DNA of 64,000 bases from Eledone cirrhosa (lineage: Eukaryota), in NCBI GenBank assembly GCA_964016885.1, contig OZ024742.1, positions 34,720,001 through 34,784,000 on the forward strand. Direction: 5' to 3'. Below the pieces are notes generated by a model, which was not told where the DNA came from, did no database searches, and saw nothing but the letters and a program-made list of their open reading frames with translations. Numbering within the stretch: position 1 is the first letter of the stretch; every line of letters begins with the position of its first letter. Positions 37,413 to 48,689 of this stretch are shown piece after piece. Position numbers and translations under genes: made by a program.

Positions 37413-37629
37413 ACAGGGTATATAAGCCCGCAGAATGGAAAAATGGACAACAGCTTAGGGGCTGGCTGGTGAAATTGGCAGGTACACTTATCTGGACGAT
37501 AAGAAGTGTCGGTCCCATCTCACGCGTGCCGATGTCCATGTGTTCCGTTCTCGGGGTTAATTTGCTGTTATTAGACTATTTTCTGTTATTAAAAATATGG
37601 CAAAAGCTGATAATTCAATATACATTCAT

Positions 37630-37716
<87 letters not shown>

Positions 37717-37773
37717 ATATATATATATATATATATACATAATATATATATATATATAATACATACATATATA

Positions 37774-39524
37774 TTGCAATACACTTTATGCTTAATTAAA
37801 AGCATTTTGAAGACCGTAAGCTATTGTTTTAAAGTAGTGACAAATTCACTCACTTTGATCTCAGCAAGCAGGGGAGATAAGCCGACCATACATGTTTCGC
37901 TTTTGTTGAAGCTTATCAAGGCCAACTACCCCTCCTGTCTACTGAGATCAATGATGTTATATTCTTATAGAAATCTAGTAAATAATCAGGAGCTGATTAT
38001 GCAGAGCGGTTGTTGGTCAGGCAGAAATTAAAAATTAGAATTGGAGCTCTGAAATAGCAATATATATATGGATGTATATATAATGTATTTTGCAATACAC
38101 TTTATGCTTAATTAAAAGCATTTTGAAGACCGTAAGCTATTGTTTTAAAGTAGTGACAAATTCACTCACTTTGATCTCAGCAAACAGGGGAGATAAGCCG
38201 ACATGACATGTTTCGCTTTTGTTGAAGCTTATCAAGGCCAACTACCCCCGCCTGTCTACTGAGATCAATGATGTTATATTCTTATAGAAATCTAGTAAAT
38301 AAACAGGAGCTGATTATGCAGAGCGGTTGTTGGTCAGGCAGAAATTAAAAATTAGAATTGGAGCTCTGAAATAGCAATATATATATGGATGTATATATAG
38401 TGTATTTTGCAATACACTTTATGCTTAATTAAAAGCATTTTGAAGACCGTAAGCTATTGTTTTAAAGTAGTGACAAATTCACTCACTTTGATCTCAGCAA
38501 ACAGGGGAGATAAGCCGACATGACATGTTTCGCTTTTGTTGAAGCTTATCAAGGCCAACTACCCCGCCTGTCTACTGAGATCAATGATGTTATATTCTTA
38601 TAGAAATCTTGTAAATAATCAGGAGCTGATTATGCAGAACGGTTGTTGGTCAGGCAGAAATTAAAATTAGAATTGGAGCTCTGAAATAGCAATATATATA
38701 TGGATGTATATATAATGTATTTTGCAATACACTTTATGCTTAATTAAAAACATTTTGAAGACCGTAAGCTATTGTTTTAAAGTAGTGACAAATTCACTCA
38801 CTTTGATCTCAGCAAACAGGGGAGATAAGCCGACATGACATGTTTCGCTTTTGTTGAAGCTTATCAAGGCCAACTACCCAGCCTGTCTACTGAGATCAAT
38901 GATGTTATATTCTTATACAAATCTAGTAAATAATCAGCAGCTGATTATGCAGAGCGGTTGTTGGTCAGGCAGAAATTAAAAATTAGAATTGGAGCTCTGA
39001 AATAGCAATATATATATGGATGTATATATAATGTATTTTGCAATACACTTTATGCTTAATTAAAAGCATTTTGAAGACTGTAAGCTATTGTTTTAAAGTA
39101 GTGACAAATTCACTCACTTTGATCTCAGCAAACAGCATAAAGTGTATTGCAAAATACATTATATATACATCCATATATATATTGCTATTTCAGAGCTCCA
39201 ATTCTAATTTTTAATTTCTGCCTGACCAACAACCGCTCTGCATAATCAGCTCCTGATTATTTACTAGATTTCTATAAGAATATAACATCATTGATCTCGG
39301 TAGACAGGCGGGGTAGTTGGCCTTGATAAGCTTCAACAAAAGCGAAACATGTAATGTCGGCTTATCTCCCCTGTTTGCTGAGATCAAAGTGAGTGAATTT
39401 GTCACTACTTTAAAACAATAGCTTACGGTCTTCAAAATGCTTTTAATTAAGCATAAAGTGTATTGCAAAATACATTATATATACATCCATATATATATTG
39501 CTATTTCAGAGCTCCAATTCTAAT
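37774..39524. repeat. 316-bp hammerhead-bearing tandem array (retrozyme-like) with inverted segment
   Basis: Units start at 37776, 38092, 38409, 38724, 39040; orientation flips at ~39134 for ~1.2 units; TA-rich microsatellite on both sides. Confidence 0.93.
39320..39361 (+). ncRNA. Type I hammerhead, U3-A8 variant (minus-strand copies at ~37881, 38197, 38513, 38829)
   Basis: GCC-TTGATAA-GCTT caacaa AAGC-GAAA-CAT gta ATG-TC-GGC inside a long flanking stem. Confidence 0.8.
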
Positions 39525-39590
39525 ACATAAAATATATGTGTGTATATATATATATATACATAATATATATATATATATACATATATATTA

Positions 39591-39651
<61 letters not shown>

Positions 39652-39661
39652 ATACACACAG

Positions 39662-39697
<36 letters not shown>

Positions 39698-39714
39698 CAT
39701 ATACATATATATAC

Positions 39715-39810
<96 letters not shown>

Positions 39811-40200
39811 CAATGTTTAGCAAATAAGAAAAAGTTTCAAAATAAATTTCAAAAGATTCACTGTACTCACTATGGTTACCTTTACCGAATCGGTTTCGAG
39901 TCTCAAAAATAAATGGACAGTCCTTGCGGCCTTCTATTGAAAAGAAGGTTCTTTTCACTCGGAGAATATAAAATTCCCGAGTTCAAATTACGAACTGGCG
40001 CTATTCAAAAGTGTTCCCGAGATGAGAATGAATGATGTGGAAGCAATTCTGTCCAGTGCCGTGTGTAAAGATAGAAGTAGGGGCAGGGAATTCAGTCTAC
40101 TACCACTATAAATAGCAGCAGTCAAAACGACCAAATTTTTTCTCGACCAACAGGAGTATAATAATAATAAAATATATATCCCTACACGCAAAAAGCGTCC

Positions 40201-40205
<5 letters not shown>
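39811..40205 (-). mobile_element. Monomer of the 484-bp family with CTGACGA core deleted
   Basis: Colinear with ~7590-8000; keeps CGAAACCGATTCGGTAAAGGT but lacks CTGACGA. Confidence 0.8.
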
Positions 40206-40248
<43 letters not shown>

Positions 40249-40252
<4 letters not shown>

Positions 40253-40454
40253 TTAATATAGATGAGATTCTACAGGACTAGAACTGTTTCATTCTTTAGA
40301 AATCATCAGGAATCTGAATCTGATTCCTGACGATTTCTAAAGGATGAAACAGTTCTAGTCCTGTAGAATCTCATCTATATTAAAACTTTTATACTCTGCA
40401 ATGTATTGAGTACCTTACTTACTGTGGTCACCTCCGACTCAACCCGGAATAACG
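40249..40454. mobile_element. Fold-back hammerhead insert in (TA)n
   Basis: 66-bp arms 40249-40314 / 40322-40387, 7-nt loop; tail with TATTGAGTAC. Confidence 0.85.
40322..40370 (+). ncRNA. Type I hammerhead ribozyme (mirror copy 40266-40314, minus)
   Basis: GATTC-CTGACGA-TTTCTAAAGGAT-GAAA-CAG ttctagtc CTG-TA-GAATC. Confidence 0.8.
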
Positions 40455-41235
40455 TATATATATATATATATATACTTGCATGTGTGTGGGGGGGTGTATG
40501 TGTTGACTTTTCACACTTTCAAATTTGAATGAATTTTCAAGTAGTTGCCGTCCTTACTAAATAGCCGGCGGTCATTGGAATCATTTACATTCTAAGATGG
40601 AAAACACTTTTAGCCATATGTCTGTGTGGGTGGGAATAACTTAGTTTTCTTCTTAATTGTCTACTTCTTTTTTACCATCGTTTTTCTTCTATCTATTATT
40701 ATTCTTTATTTTTATTTTTATTCTTAATTTTTCTCTTTCCCTTCTATTTATTCTTGATCTTCTCTTTCGTCTTTTTCTTCTATTTCTCTTCCTTTCTTCT
40801 TACTCTCCTTCATTTTCGTCTTTATATTCTTCTTTCTTCTCATTTTTCTTTTCTTTCTGTCTTTTTCTATCCCTTTTCTTCTTCTTCTTCTTCTTCTTCT
40901 TCTTCTTCTTCTTCTTCTTCTTTCTTTTTCCCTTCCCTCAATTCAGAATTTTCGTCGTCGCCGTGATCATCATCATCATAATCATCACTACCATCATCAT
41001 CATTAACATCTTCATCAACACAACCATCATCATCATCTCTCTCATTATCTCCATCATCATCATGGTCATCATCGCCCTATTGTTCTTCCTCTTCCTCTCT
41101 TCTTCTCTTCTCTTCTTCCCTCTTCTTCTCTTCCTTAATTATACCTCATTAGCTCCAGGACACAAGTGGTTATGCAAATATATATCTCATACGCTTCAAC
41201 ACATATGGGGCGTGCACTTTCTGTCTACTTACAAT

Positions 41236-41438
41236 AATGGTTTCCAATGTAGGCACAAGGCAAGTAATTTAGGGGGAGAGGAAAGTTGATTAAATCGACC
41301 CCAGTACGTTACTGGTACTTTATGTTATCGACCCTGTAAGGATGAAAGGCAATGCTAACACCGGCGGGATTTGAACTCAGACCGTAACTCCATGCTCCAA
41401 AGCATGGTGTCCGACTCCCTACCGATATTGCCAATCCA
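41236..41438 (-). mobile_element. S1 SINE
   Basis: Reverse-complement S1 unit just left of the (TAA)n cluster. Confidence 0.75.
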
Positions 41439-41455
41439 TTACCCTTTTATTTATC

Positions 41456-41509
<54 letters not shown>

Positions 41510-41748
41510 TTTTTTTATTAACCACAAGGGTTCACATAAAGTAGACATTAAGGACAGTACAGGACAATACAGGACGGTACAAATGGGCATTTCTGCGTGT
41601 AAAAAAACAGGTTGAAATAAAATAACAAAGAAAAATTCCCCAATAGGGGGGAGACTTCCGAGGGACATCTGTGGAGAAAGCCCATTAAAAGACCACAGTG
41701 GCCCTGACCACCAGGGCAAGTGCCCTCTCCCAGTTTTCCACCTTTAAT

Positions 41749-44700
41749 TTACAAACACATACTCAGAGAAGGCCCATTCATTCGGGCCATACTTGCTTCT
41801 CTCACCGATCTTTCAACAAAATGCTGGGAAGAGAGCACTTCCCTCTCTACCCTGATTTTCCTTTTCAAATGAAATTTGAAAAAGTTAATCAGGGCATCAA
41901 CGGAGAGGTAAGTGCTCGTCTTCAGCCCTTTCAAACGTGTCCACCATACTATCTCTTTCGCCATGGCCACCAGACAGATAAAAACTGCCTGCCCTTCCAG
42001 GCTAAAGGAAGGGGGCGGGGCAATCCTCACGATGGACTCAGCTGATAGCTGGATCCGTCCTACACGTGACAGCAGGTGTTCGACATAAACCCACAAGTCA
42101 GTAATGCTCGGACACTGGACGAGTGCGTGCAGGACGGTTTCGTCGCCCTGTGCGCATCTCGGACATGCCCGGCTGACGGCACCTCCATGCCTGTAGAGTT
42201 TATCCCGAACTGGCAAAGCTCCTCGGTAGCACTGCTAGGCCAGGGATTTCTGGAAGTTGTCCATAGGCCCCGGCCCGAAAGTCCTTCCGAAGAGATTGGC
42301 TAGTTGATTTTCATCGACGCCTAGAGTTTCTCCAAGTACGTCGTCGCTCTTCCCCTCCACTAATCCCCTATAGAACGCCAAGGTGGAGTTTCCACCGATC
42401 ACATTGCCCGATTGGTCGAGGGCTGTGAGCGCCTGAAGACATTCCAGCCTCCAAGCGCTCCCTCTCGGTCTTCGCTTGACCCAGGACTGCAGTTCCGTCA
42501 AGGAGACGAGCTGGGGAAAAACGTGTCTAGCAAACGGCGACCACACCTGATCACCGTCGAGGAAGAGGTGGAGATGTCGTAGCCTGAGCGCGTGTCTGCG
42601 CATCATCAGCCACGGAATGCCCAGCCCTCCACGTAGCGGGTGTTGACAGCAGATGGACCGCCTGACCATCGGAGCGCGTCCCTTCCACAAGAAGCGAAAG
42701 AGCAAACGCTCCAGCGCAGTCAGGCGGGGCTTAGGACAAGGTACGACGGTCAGGCGGTAGTAGATGACGGATGCGATGTACGCATTCGCCACCTCCGCTC
42801 GACCTTTCAGGGATAACTTCCTCTCGGCCCATTTCTGGGTGAGAGAAGCCACCCTGCTCGTCACCTCGACCCAGTTTTTGTCCGTCTGGAGGTCTGGACC
42901 GAACCAGACCCCTAGCAATTTAACCGGTCCGTCCGTCCAGCGCCCGACGACGCTATTGGACGGCATGGACCTGCCTCTCCAGGTGCCGAGCTGCAGGCCC
43001 ACTGACTTTTCGTGGTTGATCATTGCTCCTGTCACCGCTTCGTATTCTCTTAGTGTAGTGCCGATCGCCTCGATGTGTTTGGCGTTCGACACCACTACGG
43101 TGACATCGTCGGCATATGCTGACACGGATCTTCCGCATCCTAGTTCGCGCGGGACCCCCCTCAACGTCTCCAGTTTGTGCAGTAATGGCTCGAGAGTCAA
43201 TACGTACAATAGGGACGAGAGGGGACATCCTTGGCGGACCGAGCGCATGATGTTGAACGGTTCCGAAAGGTGACCGTTCACTCTCACTACAGAGCAGATG
43301 TCGCTGTGCATGGCAGCGATCCAGCCTCTGAAGACGGGCCCAAAGCCAGCCGCCCTCAGGACTGCCGCTAGGTAACGATGGTCGACCCTATCGAAGGCTT
43401 TCGACTGATCTAAATTGATCAAAGACCCACCCGTGCCAGGTTCCCTAGCTACCCTCTCTACGATGTATCGCATGAGGTGGAGGTTGTCGTGGATGGATCT
43501 GTCGGGAATGGCGCATGTCTGTGCCTCTCCCACCAGACCACCAACGACAAGCGCCAACCTCTTTGCTAGCACCTTGCCAAAAATCTTGAACTCTGTGTTT
43601 AGCAGAGTTATGGGCCTAAAATTATCTATATTATCCCCCTTGTTCAGATCCTTTCTCAGCAGCGCCACCGCTCCTCGGCTCACAGAGCTGGGAATTCTCC
43701 CGTTCTGTTGCCAGTTGCAGTAGACGTCCGCCAAGAGGCCTCCGAACAAGTTTGGCATTTGTACGTAAAGTTCATAGGGCAGACCATCCAAACCAGGCGA
43801 TTTACCCCTTGTGCAACTAGTCATTGCATCCCGTACTTCAGCGGTTGTTATCGGCTTTTTGCAACACTCCGCCTCAGTGGCCGAAAGCCGCGGCAGTCCG
43901 TCGAGGTAGACACTAAAGTCCATCCCTCGATCCGGCCCGCCACTGCCCCCGAACAGTTGAGCGAAGTGTCGCTGAAAAGCTTCACACATTTGCCCGGGAT
44001 CGAGTAGCATGTGCCCGTCGTGGTCCACCAAAGACCGGATCGTGGCTTTGTTGCCACGACGCGCTTCCGCCACTCGGGCCGATTGAACGGCTTTCCTCCC
44101 CTCGTGTCTGAGAGCACGCACCCTAGCTCTGACAACGCAGCCTTCGTGCTTTGCATTGAAGAATTGGTCAAGGGCCAATTTCGCCGCAAGTACGTCGGTC
44201 GCGATGCCTTTGCTAAGCGCCTCATCTAATTTTCTAACTAATTCTCCCTCTGCTCTATTTTTCTCTATTGCTAAAGTCTTACTAAACCTAATGGACTCTA
44301 TTCTAATTGCTCTTTTCAGAGCAAACCACCACTTGTTGTTGACGATGGCCCCCGTCAACGCCCGCTTAACTAGTTCGCTAATCCGGTCTCTGTAGGCCTT
44401 GTGCGCTGGTAAGGACGCGTTTAGCTTCCAGTAGCCGGGTCCTCGTCTATGAAGCCTATCTAAGTCAAGCACACAGATCACGAATTTGTGGTCCGTGTAG
44501 CTGACTATCTTGAATTGTGGACAGCCTATGCTAGACCTATCTATTTCCCTACAAAATACTCTATCTAGATATGATCTGGATGACCCTATGCGATTTGTCC
44601 AAGTCCACATTGGTACATTCGGGAAATCCATTCGGTACCTGTCAGACAGTTAAAAACGTCTGAGCAGGTTGGTGAGACTCTTGCACCCTCCTTCCCTATC

Positions 44701-45168
44701 CACTAATCCCACACAATCCCAGCGTGCATCTAAGATCCCGTTCCAGTCGCCCACTAACACTAAAGAGCGGGACGTTCCAAGAAAGGTCTCCAGACGCCGG
44801 AAGAAATCAGGCCGCCCTGCTCTTGTCGGGGCATAGACGGCCACTAACCTGAAAGCTTGCCCGTCTCCGCTGGTCACGTCCAGCACCACCAACTTACCTT
44901 CTGGGTCCAGGAAGATGGCCCATATGGCAAGATCCAAACCTCTCCGAAAAAGCACAGCAACTCCTCCCCCCGATCCCGGACGGCTGGGAGATGCGTACAC
45001 ATCGTAGCCGCCGAAGATCGGTGCGAAAGCATGTGCTTCGGAGATTCTGGTCTCGCTGATGGCCACTACATCTATGTTTAGTGACCTGAGGTCGTTGAGC
45101 AGGTGACCCTGCTTCCATGACGACCCCAAGCCACGCGCATTTATGCTGCCTATTCTGAGTGAGGTCAT
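41749..45168 (-). pseudogene. LINE ORF2 (APE + RT + zinc finger), two in-frame stops
   Basis: Three track ORFs share one frame: SINARGL, ISET, VYAP, VGDWN, YLDR, TDH; KSPGLDG, FRPITLLN, DQSKAFD, RQGCPLS, AYADD; CPRC..ETVLHALVQC. Stops at 44650 and 42235. Confidence 0.93.
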
Positions 45169-45202
45169 GTTGAAAAGGAGTGGAAAAGATGGGAAAGACC
45201 AC

Positions 45203-47196
45203 TTACCTTACTTCTCGTAGGGGAAGGACGGCTTTTCCATCCTTTTCACTGCTTGTGGCCTCCTCAGGAAGGATGTCCTTATAAATCCTCCTGGAGAGTG
45301 CTTGTCGGAAGTCTCCGATGTCTTTGGGGAATTTTTGTTTTAGTGTCATGTACGTTTTCTGTGTGATGCCAGTGATTTGTATGTGTGGAGGTGGTGTGAA
45401 TTTTGGGGTTGTTGTGTAGTCTTTTTCTGTGATGCTGGTGTTGTGTTGGATGTAGTGTAATAATTGCTTGTTGTTCAAATGTAATGCTGTGTAGTGTGTA
45501 TCGTTTTGGTTGTTTTGTTTTGTTTGCGTTTGTTGTGGGTTTGTTTCTGTTTCGCATTTTGGTGACTTTTGTGGTGTAGGTGATGGTGGTGTTGGAGTTA
45601 ATGATGGTGATGGTGTTGGTGTTTGGGTTGATGGGGTTGGTGATGCTGGTGTGGATGGTGGCATATCTGTCCTAACTTTTTTGTTTCTTAGTTTATTTGT
45701 TTCCCTCTGTATTTTGTTTTTGGAGGGGGAAGGAAGAGAATTTTTTCTTTTTTGGTTTCTTTTTTTTTTTCCGGATATCGTTTCCCACTCCTCGTCGTCA
45801 CAATCTGTCTCCAGTTATGATAGGCCGGGGAGTGGAAAATCCTCCACAGCCGTTAGTTTTGGTTGTGGTGTGGTGAATGGTGTAGGCGCTGGTGCTAGTT
45901 CTGAAGCGTTGGGTGGTGGTGGTGTTGGTTTTGCTGGTGGTGGTAGTGGTGTTGGTTTTGCTACTGTTGCTGGGGTTGTTGCTGTTATAGTTGCTTCTGT
46001 TGTTGCTGCTACAGTTGTTGCTGCCATCTCTGCTACTGGTGGTGTTGATGGTTGTATCACTGGGGTGGGTAGGAGAGGTAGCCTCAACCTTTTAGCCTGA
46101 GGGCAGAAAGCCCTTAGGTGGGTTCCTTCACCACAAACGACACACCTAGGTCTTCTGCCCTCGACAATTACCGTGAGGTGGCTGCCGTCAGTGAGGTCTA
46201 TTACCTCTGGGATCTCCTCAATGCTTTTTTGGTCCGCTTGGATCAGGAGCTCCATCCCAGATCCGGACCAGTTTTCCTGCTTTTCTTTTGCTATTGCTAT
46301 TATTTTCGTGTTGGCTTCGATGCCGGCGAGGACAGCCGCTATTAGCCAGGGAATTTCGATGGCCGGTGGAACGTGGGTCACGCTGATCTTTACGAGTCTC
46401 TGGCCACAATAGCTTGGGACGAGTGTGAAGTCGTCACTTTTTAATGGGGCCATGGAGTGTTCTCTAGCCTCCTCTGGTGTTTCAAAGAACACATCCACGG
46501 TTCCATACTTTTGCCCACGTCTGATGTGGGTTTTTCTTGCCCACACATGTCCCAAAGCTTTTTGGATTTGGGACTCGGATGCCCGTTCCACTCGGCGCGA
46601 TTTTACATTTATTGTTCTATACGACACGGTGCATAGGCGCCGATGCTCCATTTTATTAGGTGGGGGGTGAGGCTGACCCTGTACCCATCTTTCTTTACCA
46701 TTTGTTTGGCATTTTCTAAATCCTCTTGAGTTACCGTGAACGCTTCGAATTGTTTTGCTACGATGGCGAAACTGAGGGTCGGTTTTATAATGTCATTGTT
46801 GTTGTTGTTGCTATCGTTATTTGTGTTAATCTTAATTTTAGTTTCAGTTGTGGTGGTGGTGACGTCAGTCGTCTTTGGTGCGGATGAGTCCATTTTGCTT
46901 GATTTCATTTCGACATCACGAGTTAATTTATTTTTTTCTTCTTTTGCTTCTGTTGTCGCGGTGATGGTGGGGGTGGTGGTTGTCGCGGTGGTGGTGGTGG
47001 TGGAGGCTTTAACACCTGCAGTCATTGGTAATGGCGGGAAATGAATGTCTGCCTGAGACAAATTTAAAATATTGCTACTGCTTATATTTTTTTTTGTGTT
47101 GGCAAACGTAGTAACATTTACAATGGTGGTGTCGGTGTGAGGTGTTATTTTGTGAGGAAGGCTTTCAGCTGCTTCGTGCAGAGGGGAATTAGCCAT
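45203..47196 (-). pseudogene. LINE ORF1 (gag-like, CCHC knuckle), one frameshift and one stop
   Basis: CVVCGEGTHLRAFC knuckle; frameshift near the G run at ~46662; 45815-46651 and 45203-45664 are in frame across a TAA. Confidence 0.8.
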
Positions 47197-47405
47197 TTTT
47201 TTTCAAAGAAATTTTTGGATAATAATAAAAGTTAAAATTTTGGGCACAAGGCCCCAATCTTTTTGGGTGTCCTTTTCGGAAAACAATGTATGTGTGCTTA
47301 TAAACAGTTAACAATAAAATTTTCCATAAATGGCAATTTTTAAACAAACGGAAATAACAAACCTTTGCGGAGCTCACGATAATACGATTTCCTACGTAGG
47401 TCGCC

Positions 47406-47471
<66 letters not shown>

Positions 47472-47472
<1 letters not shown>

Positions 47473-48169
47473 TTTTCTTTATTAACCACAAGGGTTCACA
47501 TAAAGTAGACATTAAGGACAGTACAGGACAATACAGGACGGTACAAATGGGCATTTCTGCGTGTAAAAAAACAGAGGTTGAAATAAAATAACAAAAAAAA
47601 ATTCCCCAATAGGGGGGAGACTTCCAAGGGACATTTGTGGAGAAAGCCCATTAAAAGACCACAGTGGCCCTGACCACCAGGGCAAGTGCCCTCTCCCAGT
47701 TTTCCACCTTTAATTTACAGACACATACTCAGAGACGGCCCATTCATTCGGGCCATACTTGCTTCTCTCACCCATCTTTCTACAAAATGCTGGGAAGAGA
47801 GCACTTCCCTCTCTACCCTGATTTTCCTTTTCAAATGAAATTTGAAAAAGTTAATCAGGGCATCACCGAAGAGGTAAGTGCTCGTCTTCAGCCCTTTCAA
47901 ACGTGTCCACCATACTATCTCTTTCGCCATGGCCACCAGACAGATAAAAACTGCCTGCCCTTCCAGGCTAAAGGAAGGGGGCGGGGCAATCCTCACGATG
48001 GACTCAGCTGATAGCTGGATCCGTCCTACACGTGACAGCAGGTGTTCGACATAAACCCACAAGTCAGTAATGCTCGGACACTGGACGAGTGCGTGCAGGA
48101 CGGTTTCGTCGCCCTGTGCGCATCTCGGACATGCCCGGCTGACGGCACCTCCATGCCTGTAGAGTTTAT
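47472..48169 (-). mobile_element. 5'-truncated copy of the same L1/Tx1 LINE
   Basis: Near-identical to 41509-42203; (AAT)n on both sides. Confidence 0.93.
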
Positions 48170-48198
48170 TATAATAATAATACTATTATTATAATAAC

Positions 48199-48234
<36 letters not shown>

Positions 48235-48689
48235 CTCATAGATACTATATCAGTAACCACAACACCACCGCTGCCACCACCCCACCGCATCCATCATCGC
48301 CGCCACCACTCATTCAATGCTACTGACACTATTCCCCTGTTAACTTGAGAGAGAAAAGGGAAGGTGGCGGTATCACTAGACAAGAGAGAGGCTAGCAAAA
48401 GATATAAATAGATTGACTTGGTGACCTTGCCACCGGCCAAACGTCTACATCAACAATTATGGGACTGCTGGCTCACCCCTTCCTCACCAACAATATAAAA
48501 AGCCCCGGCACCACCACCGACATAGCCAACAACAATAACAGCCAACTACAACAAAAAGTATATTATATTATTGTAATGCACTGGGTGATTGCTGGCCTTG
48601 TGCCTCGAGTGGAGACAATTATTAATAATTTCATTATTAAGCCACGCAATGCTCACATTAAGGAACCACTCATGATAATAACAGTTTAA

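Larger units (their letters stand above)
41509..47405 (-). mobile_element. Near-complete L1/Tx1-type LINE in (TAA)n
   Basis: 5' UTR, ORF1, APE-RT-zinc finger ORF2, 3' UTR ending AATAAAAAAAC; (AAT)n at 41457-41508 and 47406-47471. Confidence 0.92.

Noticed and set aside
37774-39134. CRISPR-like array
   Set aside because: Units are contiguous near-identical 316-mers with no unique spacers, in a eukaryotic context.
37597-39468. Repeated [15 protein letters not shown]... in the 316-bp array
   Set aside because: Antisense to the ribozyme, broken by indels or TGA in several units, and no recognisable domain.
42764-46670. Plus-strand ORFs over the L1/Tx1 element
   Set aside because: Antisense shadows of GC-rich coding sequence.
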